NCBI GenBank assembly: GCA_964388265.1
Contig: CAYLXZ010000020.1
Location: 1-12,844 of the forward strand
Source: Candidatus Micrarchaeota archaeon
GTDB lineage: Archaea; B1Sed10-29
DNA length: 12,844 nt
Direction of reading: 5' to 3'
Position 1 is the stretch's first letter; each line of letters starts with the position of its first letter. This document shows, piece by piece, positions 6,076-12,844 of the stretch. The notes under the pieces were generated by a model. The model saw only the letters and a list, made by a program, of their open reading frames with translations. It searched no databases and was not told the DNA's origin. Made by a program: the position numbers and the translations under genes.

Positions 6076-7076
6076 GTTTCTTTCTTCACTTTCTCCTTTA
6101 GTTTACCTTCTTCCATCTCTTTCTTGAGTTCCTCGATTATTGATTCCTTGTCTTTTCCTTTCTTTCTGAGTTCCTCGTATCTGTCAACAACTTTGTCCTG
6201 TGCTTCTCCAAAGTTTAATCCGGTGAGGCTGTTGGATAGATTTCCAGCGAGTTTTGACAGTTCTAGTGGGAATATTATCTTGCTTGATTTTCCTTCACTG
6301 ATTTTCTCAAGTGATTGTAGATAGTAGTATTGTAGTGCTTGTGATCCTAGTTTGTCCGCGGCTTCTCTTATCTGGTCTATTTCTCCTTTCTTTCCTTTGG
6401 CTACCTCTATTTGTTCTTGTTTCTTCTCTGTGGCTGCTCTTCTTGATTGAACTGCTTCCTGTATCTCGTCTGGTATGTCAACTGACTGTACTTCGACGTT
6501 GGTGAATGTAACTCCCCAGTCATCCTCAACTTGTTTCATGTATTCTTGTAGTTCTTCGTTTATGTCGTCTATGTTACTAACGATCTCGGTCATTTTCATG
6601 TTTCCTGCTATTCCTCTTAACCTGGCTTTTGCTCTGGTCTTGGTAGCTGTTTTGTAGTCTTTTACCTCTATGATAGCTTTTTTCGCGTCTTTCACTTTCA
6701 TGTAGAGTACTGTGTTGAATTCTAGTTCTATGTTGTCTTCTGTCACTACTGGTTGCTCGGTGAGGTCCACGGTCTGTTCTCTTAAGTCAACTATCTGGAA
6801 TGATTCTAGGAATGGTATTACGAATAGCCAGCCTGGTTCTGCTACTTCCTTGAATTTACCCATACGGAACACTACGGCTCTTTCGTATTGATCTACTTCC
6901 GCGAAGTACTTTGGGAACTGTGAGTAGAGTATGATGAGTACGCCTAGGATAACGAGCAGCACGACTAGTGAAGTCAGGAGGTTTAGTGCCCAGAATACTC
7001 CTAGGATTAAAGCTACCCCTATCACGAGGGTGAAGAATATTATAGCCTGTCTTGTTTCCTCCTTCACATGAAACAC
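6072..7076 (-). CDS. SPFH / band-7 (stomatin/prohibitin-like) membrane protein with K/E-rich C-terminal coiled-coil tail
   Basis: N-terminal TM helix followed by EVDQYERAVVFRMGKFKEVAEPGWLFVIPFLES (stomatin signature EYERAVVFRLGR). Long charged C-terminal region. The track start is a GTG at 7074-7076. An in-frame GTG at 7065-7067 has a better SD (AAAGGTG) and is a plausible true start (MKEETRQ...). Confidence 0.9.
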   Translation of the reverse strand: MFHVKEETRQAIIFFTLVIGVALILGVFWALNLLTSLVVLLVILGVLIILYSQFPKYFAEVDQYERAVVFRMGKFKEVAEPGWLFVIPFLESFQIVDLREQTVDLTEQPVVTEDNIELEFNTVLYMKVKDAKKAIIEVKDYKTATKTRAKARLRGIAGNMKMTEIVSNIDDINEELQEYMKQVEDDWGVTFTNVEVQSVDIPDEIQEAVQSRRAATEKKQEQIEVAKGKKGEIDQIREAADKLGSQALQYYYLQSLEKISEGKSSKIIFPLELSKLAGNLSNSLTGLNFGEAQDKVVDRYEELRKKGKDKESIIEELKKEMEEGKLKEKVKKET

Positions 7077-7111
7077 CTTTTCAATTATTTTACATTTGTT
7101 TTAGTGCATTA

Positions 7112-7160
7112 GGTTATAAAAACGTTCATGATGTATATGTAACCGTGGATGAATATAAAT
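7112..7160. promoter_or_regulatory. Divergent promoter region between SPFH (-) and DUF373 (+)
   Basis: TTTTTATAA (minus strand, 7113-7121) lies ~40 nt upstream of the SPFH start. ATATAAAT (7153-7160) lies ~26 nt upstream of the DUF373 ATG (7182). Confidence 0.3.
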
Positions 7161-7181
7161 AACTAAGGTATTAGGATAACT

Positions 7182-8399
7182 ATGGCGAATATACTTGTTC
7201 TATGCGTGGACAGAGATGACGACCTAGGTGAAAAAGCAAAGATCACAGGTCCAGTCGTAGGAAGAGAAAGCAACCTAGAAGCAGCTAAAGAACTAGGAGT
7301 AGCTGATCCCGCAGAATCTGATACCAACGCCATACATAAAGCAGTAAATGTATTTGACAACACGGCAGAAGCCACGGATGTCGTGACTATAACAGGAGAT
7401 AAAAAAAGAGGATACAAAGCAGATAAAGAGATAGCAAGCCAGCTAGATGAAGTTCTAAGGGAAAAAGAAGACATAGACGGAGTATACCTAGTTACGGACG
7501 GATCACAAGACGATCAAATCATCCCAATAATCCAATCCAGAACAGACATAGTATCAAAAGAAACAGTAATAGTTGAACAAAGCCAAGAGCTTGAGAAAAG
7601 CTACTACGTTATAAAAGAAGCTCTCAAAGATCCAACAATAGCCAGGATAATATTCGGATTACCTGGAATAGTTCTACTCATAGTCGCAGTGTTCCAAGAA
7701 CTCGGCGTGAAAATAGTCCTACTTGGAATAGGAGCATACCTCACGCTAAAAGGATTCGGAATAGAAGAAAAGATAATATCACAAATAAGGAAATTCAAAG
7801 AAACCACGTCAGTCAGCAGAGCCACCTTCCCACTCTACATCGGGTCCCTCCTAACACTTATACTGGCTATCTGGTCAGGCCTAGAGAAAATGAGCGGATT
7901 CGCCGGAGAAACAATCATCAAACAAGGAGCAGCATTCGTAGGAGGACTAATCAACCTACTCCTAATTTCAGGTATACTATTCCTCATAGGAAGAATAGGT
8001 GACAGGCACTCGGAGAGAAACGTCCGGAAGATAAAGAAACATCTACTTACCTTCGTGTCCTTATTCGCGATATGGTTCGTGTTTCTATGGGGAGTGAAGG
8101 TAATATTCGGAGAAATCTCCCTGAACACATTCATACTATTCACCATCGTTGACTTCCTAGCTGCAGTAGTGGCTCTAGCAGTAGTGAGAAGAACATTCAT
8201 GAAAAGATACGTCTACCCACGCATAGAGCCCAACCAGGAAGTATACGATCCTAAAGGAAGGAAGATAGGGGCAGTTGTGAAGAAGGAACCAAGCAAAGAT
8301 AGAATCGTAATCTACGAAAAAAGAAAAAACAAGAGAATCAAGAAACCTATTAACTCAGTTATAGTGGCTCGAGAGTACCTGACAGTAGCTCCAAGATGA
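7182..8399 (+). CDS. DUF373-family archaeal integral membrane protein (soluble N-terminal domain + multi-TM region + Lys-rich C-terminal tail)
   Basis: N-terminus ILVLCVDRDDDLGEKAKITGPVVGRESNLEAAKELGVADPAESDTNAI resembles the conserved LVLCxDRDxDLG block of DUF373, recalled from memory and not verifiable here. About 5 TM helices between aa 150-330, then a basic tail KRKNKRIKKP. Confidence 0.55.
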   Translation: MANILVLCVDRDDDLGEKAKITGPVVGRESNLEAAKELGVADPAESDTNAIHKAVNVFDNTAEATDVVTITGDKKRGYKADKEIASQLDEVLREKEDIDGVYLVTDGSQDDQIIPIIQSRTDIVSKETVIVEQSQELEKSYYVIKEALKDPTIARIIFGLPGIVLLIVAVFQELGVKIVLLGIGAYLTLKGFGIEEKIISQIRKFKETTSVSRATFPLYIGSLLTLILAIWSGLEKMSGFAGETIIKQGAAFVGGLINLLLISGILFLIGRIGDRHSERNVRKIKKHLLTFVSLFAIWFVFLWGVKVIFGEISLNTFILFTIVDFLAAVVALAVVRRTFMKRYVYPRIEPNQEVYDPKGRKIGAVVKKEPSKDRIVIYEKRKNKRIKKPINSVIVAREYLTVAPR

Positions 8400-8400
8400 A

Positions 8401-10368
8401 CTACGTTTCAATCTCTTTTATTATCTTCTTTATGTTATCTATTAGATCTTCTTTCCCATCCATATCTTTTAGAGCCGCTTCCAGTACCTCGGAGAAATCC
8501 TTGACAGGTATTATCTCCACTTGTTTCCTTCTTTCATCTTCAAGCACCACGTCTTCTTCATTGCTGTCTGGGATAATCACTTTCTCTGCTCCTGAGTCTA
8601 TTGCTGCTTCTATCTTCTCGCTGACCCCTCCTACTGGCAGTACTTCTCCTTTAACTGAAAGTGATCCTGTCATGGCCATGTTTTGATGCGTTGGAACGTT
8701 TTCTAATGCACTTATGACTGCTGTGGCAACACTTATGGACGCGGAGTCTCCTTCTACTCCTTCGTAGGTCTGTAGGAACTGGATATGTATGTCGAAGTTG
8801 CTTATGTCAGTTCCTTTGTACTTCTTCACTATGGCTGACACGTTCTGCACTGCCTCTTTCGCTATCTCTCCTAATTTCCCTGTGGCTATGATTTCCCCTT
8901 CTTCTACGCTGTGAGCTGGAGCTATCTTTGCTTCTATTGGAAGCATTATACCTCCGAATACCTCTTGGTTTCCTTCTTGTCCTCCGGAGAACACTGCTAG
9001 GCCGTTTACCTTGCCTATTTCAGAGCCATCGGTTCTGAATACCTGGTATTCTTTCTTTCTCTCTATCTCTTTCCCGGATATCTGTTTCTCAAGAGATCTT
9101 GAAACCTCTTTAGCTTCCTTTATGTGTTCTGTTTCTACGTACTCGGCGTCTTTGTCCTTGGCTACGTCCCCAGCTGCTCTTACAAGGCCACCTAGATCTC
9201 TTAGTTTCAGTGTGAGTTTGTTTTTTCGACTTGCTTTTCTTCTTGCTTCGAATATGATCTTCTCCACGGCTTCTTTGGTGAAGTGAGGTATTTTCCCGTC
9301 TTTCTCTACTTCTTGGGCTACGAATTTCCTTAGCTTGTCTCTGTTCTCTGGATTGTCCTCCATGTAGTCGTTCATGTATATTTCGTATCCGTATCCTCGG
9401 ACTCTGGATCTTAGAGCTGGATGCATCTTCTTCATGTCCTTTAGGTTTCCGCTGGCTATTAATAGGAAGTCGCAGGGTACTGCTTGGGTCCTTACCATGG
9501 CTCCTGAGCTCATTTCACTCTGTCCTGTTATAGCGTATTCTTTCTCTTGCATGGCTACGAGTAGCTCTTGCTGTGACTTAGGTGATAGTGAAGCTACTTC
9601 GTCAACGTAGAGCACTCCTTCATGGGATTTATGTATCATACCTGGTAGTACTCGTAGGTGCGGTGGAGTTCCCATTCCCCCCGACTGAAAGGGATCGTGT
9701 TTAACATCTCCTAGTAGTGCTCCGGCTCTTGCTCCTGTTGCGTCCACGAAAGGTGCTTTCTCTTGGTCTGAGTTATCTACAAGTAGCTTGGGGGAGTTTT
9801 TCTTGGCCTGTGTTTTCTGTCCCGGCATTTTCATCCCTTGTAGACCCGATGTAAGTGCTAGTCCGAAGGAAAGCATTGCTAGGAAGATTCCTCCTACGAT
9901 CATGACTGCTGCGAGTATTACATCGCTGAATAGATTGAAATGTATGGCTGCTCCGATTCCTAGAGCGTAGAGAAGTCCCATTATGAGGAATGGGCTCATC
10001 TTTGGTTTCATTCCCTTCATGCTCTTGGATGATACAAGTTTCTTCTTCTGTTCAACTATCTTCTCTCCTTCTCCGGCTGGCACGGTCTCTATCTGTGGTT
10101 CGTTCGGATCATCTTGATTTGGGTAAGCAAGGATATCCTGCAGTTTCTCGGTGGGTAATAGCTCGCTCATGGCTTTAGCGAGCATGGATTTACCAGTGCC
10201 TGGTGAACCTATGAGTAAGACGTTTCTACCTTGCTCTGCAGCTTTCCTGATTATTTCTACTCCGCTCTCTTGACCTATAACCTGGTCAATCAATTTATCA
10301 GGTACATCTATCTCCTCTGTGGAGTCTATGTCCCTGTACTTTGGTTCGTATTCGTCTTCTTCCGACAT
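8401..10368 (-). CDS. lon: Archaeal membrane-bound ATP-dependent Lon protease (LonB)
   Basis: 655 aa. Walker [14 protein letters not shown]. Two TM helices inserted in the AAA+ module ([19 protein letters not shown] / [22 protein letters not shown]), typical of LonB. The C-terminal protease domain has [16 protein letters not shown] (catalytic Ser) and a downstream Lys. Confidence 0.95.
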   Translation of the reverse strand: MSEEDEYEPKYRDIDSTEEIDVPDKLIDQVIGQESGVEIIRKAAEQGRNVLLIGSPGTGKSMLAKAMSELLPTEKLQDILAYPNQDDPNEPQIETVPAGEGEKIVEQKKKLVSSKSMKGMKPKMSPFLIMGLLYALGIGAAIHFNLFSDVILAAVMIVGGIFLAMLSFGLALTSGLQGMKMPGQKTQAKKNSPKLLVDNSDQEKAPFVDATGARAGALLGDVKHDPFQSGGMGTPPHLRVLPGMIHKSHEGVLYVDEVASLSPKSQQELLVAMQEKEYAITGQSEMSSGAMVRTQAVPCDFLLIASGNLKDMKKMHPALRSRVRGYGYEIYMNDYMEDNPENRDKLRKFVAQEVEKDGKIPHFTKEAVEKIIFEARRKASRKNKLTLKLRDLGGLVRAAGDVAKDKDAEYVETEHIKEAKEVSRSLEKQISGKEIERKKEYQVFRTDGSEIGKVNGLAVFSGGQEGNQEVFGGIMLPIEAKIAPAHSVEEGEIIATGKLGEIAKEAVQNVSAIVKKYKGTDISNFDIHIQFLQTYEGVEGDSASISVATAVISALENVPTHQNMAMTGSLSVKGEVLPVGGVSEKIEAAIDSGAEKVIIPDSNEEDVVLEDERRKQVEIIPVKDFSEVLEAALKDMDGKEDLIDNIKKIIKEIET

Positions 10369-10400
10369 GGATATCCCTTGGTTCTCCAGGTAGATTCAGA

Positions 10401-10513
10401 GTTTAAACTTTATTTAAGAATAATTAGTCCACCTGGGCAGGTTCTATATATTTAATGTGAGGGAGGTTAAAAAAGATTCTTTAAAGTTTAAAGCATCAGG
10501 TACCTAAAATATA
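10401..10513. promoter_or_regulatory. Divergent promoter region between lon (-) and rnz (+)
   Basis: Palindrome GTTTAAAC (10401-10408) plus TTAAATAAA (minus strand) ~45 nt upstream of the lon ATG. Tandem TTTAAAG TTTAAAG (10480-10493) and AAAATATA (10506-10513) upstream of the rnz ATG (10526). Confidence 0.3.
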
Positions 10514-10525
10514 CAGTGAAGTAAA

Positions 10526-11422
10526 ATGGTCAAGGTAACATTCCTAGGCACGAGCGGTTCACTGCCAACCAAGAAAAGAAACCAGATAGCGATTCATCTT
10601 AAATTTAAAGACAGATCCATACTCTGGGACTGCGGAGAAGGAACACAAAGGCAGATGACAAAGACCAACATCTCCCCATACAAGATAGACGAAATCTACA
10701 TAACTCACCTTCATCCAGATCACTTCATAGGACTCTGGGGACTGATAAGATCACTTGAATTCATGGGAAGAGAAAAAGAACTGAATATCTACGGAACCAG
10801 AGGAATAAAGAGCTACGTAGATATGTTCAAAGGAGGTAGAAAAACTTCGTTGAACTTCCCGGTCAAAGTGAAAGAGATAGAAGAAGGAACACTCCAGGAA
10901 AGAGAAGACTACAAGATAGAAGCATTCCCAGTGAACCACGATACACCTACCTACGGGTTCATATTCCAGGAAAAACCAGGAATAAACCTAGATAAAGATA
11001 AACTAAAAGAACTAAATCTCCTAAATCACCTGAAATGCAGTGAATTAAAAGAAAAAGGACAGATAGAGCACGAAGGACGGAAGATAACGCTTGAAGAAGT
11101 GGCAAAGCCAAAGAGAAAGGGAAAGAAGATAGTTTACTCAGGAGACACCAGGCCATGTGAATCCCTTAAAGAAGCAGCGGAAGATGCAGATCTATTGATC
11201 GTGGACTCAAGCTTTGGAAAAGACAAGAAAAAGAAAGCCAAGGACTACATGCACGGAGAAGCAGGAGAAATGGCAGAACTAGCGAACAGAGCAAATGTAG
11301 ATAAGCTAGTATTAACCCATTTCTCAAACCGCTATGACGATGAGTCAATTCTCGAAGAAGAAGCCAGAGAGATATTCGAAAACTCCATAGCATCCCAAGA
11401 CCTCATGAAGATAGAGGTATAG
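10526..11422 (+). CDS. rnz: Ribonuclease Z (tRNA 3' endonuclease, short form; metallo-beta-lactamase fold)
   Basis: 298 aa. N-terminal FLGTSGSLPTKKRN, HxHxDH motif (ITHLHPDH), C-terminal LTHFSNRY, all typical of tRNase Z. Confidence 0.9.
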   Translation: MVKVTFLGTSGSLPTKKRNQIAIHLKFKDRSILWDCGEGTQRQMTKTNISPYKIDEIYITHLHPDHFIGLWGLIRSLEFMGREKELNIYGTRGIKSYVDMFKGGRKTSLNFPVKVKEIEEGTLQEREDYKIEAFPVNHDTPTYGFIFQEKPGINLDKDKLKELNLLNHLKCSELKEKGQIEHEGRKITLEEVAKPKRKGKKIVYSGDTRPCESLKEAAEDADLLIVDSSFGKDKKKKAKDYMHGEAGEMAELANRANVDKLVLTHFSNRYDDESILEEEAREIFENSIASQDLMKIEV

Positions 11423-12121
11423 GTGGATAACTTGAAAATAGGTGTAATAGCCGACATACACAGCAACTTAAATGCCCTAGAAACAGTTCTAACAGAAACA
11501 AAGAAGATAGATGTGGATAAATACCTCTGCGCCGGAGACATAGTTGGATACGGAGCCAAACCCAACGAATGCATTGAAAAGATAAAGAACCTAGACATAG
11601 AGATAGTGAAAGGCAACCACGACTGGGCAGTGTCCCAAGATCCAAACCTAGATTGGTTCAACCCCCAGGCAACCAAAGCGATAAGATATACTCAGAAAAA
11701 AATAACTAAGGAGAACAAAAAGTTCCTCAGAAACCTAGATAAAACAAGGAAAATAAAAGAAGATAATGAAGAAATATTAATGGCTCACGGAAGCCCAAAA
11801 GAACCTCTATTTGAATACATAGATGAAGACAGAGACAAAGAACTAGAATACTTTAAGGAAAAACACGATTTCGATATACTAATCCTTGGACACACTCATA
11901 TACCCTACGTCCAAGAATTTAAGAATTTTTTAGTCGTAAACCCAGGATCTGTTGGCCAACCAAGGGACAGAGACCCTAGAGCCAGCTTCGCTGTCCTAGA
12001 CACCGAAGAATCTGACGCAGAGGTAAAGAGAGCGAAGTACCCCGTAGAAGAAACTACGAAAGAGATAAAGAAAACCAACTTACCTCATCAACTTGGAGAA
12101 AGATTACTCAAAGGAATTTAA
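11423..12121 (+). CDS. Calcineurin-like metallophosphoesterase (MJ0936/YfcE-like)
   Basis: GVIADIHSN ... CAGDIVGYG ... GNHD ... LILGHTHIP ... NPGSVGQP motifs of the small metallophosphoesterase family. GTG start directly abuts the rnz stop (TAG 11420-11422 | GTG 11423-11425), implying translational coupling. Confidence 0.85.
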   Translation: MDNLKIGVIADIHSNLNALETVLTETKKIDVDKYLCAGDIVGYGAKPNECIEKIKNLDIEIVKGNHDWAVSQDPNLDWFNPQATKAIRYTQKKITKENKKFLRNLDKTRKIKEDNEEILMAHGSPKEPLFEYIDEDRDKELEYFKEKHDFDILILGHTHIPYVQEFKNFLVVNPGSVGQPRDRDPRASFAVLDTEESDAEVKRAKYPVEETTKEIKKTNLPHQLGERLLKGI

Positions 12122-12132
12122 ATTATCTCTAG

Positions 12133-12844
12133 TCAATCCTGCCATTGTAGTGCTGGGTACCCTGTGTTTCCTTCGTGGTCACTATTCCAAGATGTCGCCT
12201 TCCAAGTATCTGTGAAATCCCATCCTTCATAGGCATTAGGATAATCATTCTGGTAATCAGTCATATCAGCTGTATTTCTACCGAAAACACCCGTACTGGA
12301 TCCCGAACCAACTCCATCATCCTGGGTAGTGGTTTCATTATTCCAATAAGAACCAGAAACACTACCATCATTAAATCCGACTAAACCACCAACATTACTA
12401 GAACCATTTACTGAACCGGTGGCATACGAATCAGAAACACCACCAGAAAGAATATTTCCGACTAAACCACCAACATCCTCATACCCAGATACAGAACCAG
12501 AAACATAAGAATCAGAAACATCACCATGACTATGTCCAACTAAACCACCAACATCCCTATCGCCAGTTATATTTACATTTTTTAAACCCAGGTTAGATAT
12601 ATCAGCATCAACACCTATAAAACCAAACAAACCAATTTTATTACTGGATCCTCTATCGATATATAAGCCGCTGATAGTACGTCCTTTACCATCGAAACTA
12701 CCAGCGAATGAACCGTAATTATCGCCAATCGGGTCCCAGCCATTACCGGTATTGTAGTCTGAGTAACCTGCCGTATCTTCATCTAGATTTCTCATAAGAG
12801 TATAATCCCCATCTAGATTGTTTCTCACGTCATTAAGGTCGTGC
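12133..12844 (-). CDS. Paralog of the GLUG-motif surface protein (C-terminal part; N-terminus lies beyond the window end)
   Basis: The C-terminal 237 aa is collinear with the C-terminal domain of the 3210..5090 protein: ...RNNLDGDYTLMR-LDEDTAGYSDYNTGNGW-PIG ... three VGGLVG repeats ... DMTDY--YPNAYEGWDFTDTWKATSWNSDHEGNTGYPALQWQ. Nucleotide identity continues to the last base of the window, so the gene extends upstream. Stop TGA at 12133-12135. Confidence 0.8.
   Translation of the reverse strand, partial: HDLNDVRNNLDGDYTLMRNLDEDTAGYSDYNTGNGWDPIGDNYGSFAGSFDGKGRTISGLYIDRGSSNKIGLFGFIGVDADISNLGLKNVNITGDRDVGGLVGHSHGDVSDSYVSGSVSGYEDVGGLVGNILSGGVSDSYATGSVNGSSNVGGLVGFNDGSVSGSYWNNETTTQDDGVGSGSSTGVFGRNTADMTDYQNDYPNAYEGWDFTDTWKATSWNSDHEGNTGYPALQWQD
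12141..12245. repeat. Second copy of the 105-nt identical block (see 3218-3322)
   Basis: Direct comparison by eye. Confidence 0.9.
12360..12560 (-). repeat. In-frame tandem GLUG coding repeats in the paralog (cores cc[g/a]actaaaccaccaaca at 12377-12394, 12458-12475 and 12536-12553; periods 81 and 78 nt)
   Basis: Direct inspection. Same core as in the 3440-3640 repeats. Confidence 0.8.
12731..12844. repeat. Second copy of the ~110-nt near-identical block (see 3799-3912). Truncated by the window end.
   Basis: Direct comparison by eye. Confidence 0.85.

Noticed and set aside
10369-10525. Possible small RNA or tRNA in the 157-nt lon/rnz intergenic spacer
   Set aside because: No tRNA-like cloverleaf elements (no GTTC-type T-arm, no acceptor-stem complementarity). 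The region is explained by two divergent AT-rich promoters with TATA-like boxes.
3210-12844. Composite transposon or mobile element bounded by the two direct-repeat GLUG gene segments
   Set aside because: No transposase, integrase or recombinase gene. No terminal inverted repeats or target-site duplication are discernible. The bracketed genes (lon, rnz, SPFH, SpoIIM-like) look like core housekeeping genes, not cargo.

Overview
This 12.8-kb window looks like an AT-rich (roughly 38-40% GC) archaeal chromosomal segment. Archaeal hallmarks are PCNA, RNA polymerase subunit L, exosome cap protein Csl4, membrane-bound LonB, DUF99, DUF373, and proteins carrying class-III (QxSxEYL, pilin-type) signal peptides. 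Shine-Dalgarno motifs (GGAGG/AGGTG) and lysine-rich proteins are consistent with a DPANN-like or euryarchaeal lineage, but the taxon cannot be fixed from sequence alone. Gene content, left to right: (1) a partial pilin-like ORF at the window start; (2) a minus-strand run csl4-rpoL-DUF99-signal peptidase I-PCNA with coupled or overlapping junctions; (3) a 635-aa secreted/pilin-like surface protein with a Cys-rich stalk, PKD and other beta-sandwich domains, and a C-terminal GLUG-repeat domain; (4) a membrane and proteostasis block (SpoIIM/DUF95-like, SPFH/band-7, DUF373, LonB); (5) RNase Z tightly coupled to a metallophosphoesterase; (6) a second GLUG-domain gene that is a paralog of (3) and runs off the window end. 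The most interesting signal is the pair of direct-oriented GLUG surface-protein paralogs about 8.9 kb apart. Their 3' coding ends share two blocks of about 105-110 nt that are identical or nearly so, separated by diverged in-frame GLUG tandem repeats. That pattern suggests ongoing gene conversion or cassette-like variation of a pilus-associated adhesin-like protein. No rRNA, tRNA, CRISPR or transposase genes were found.
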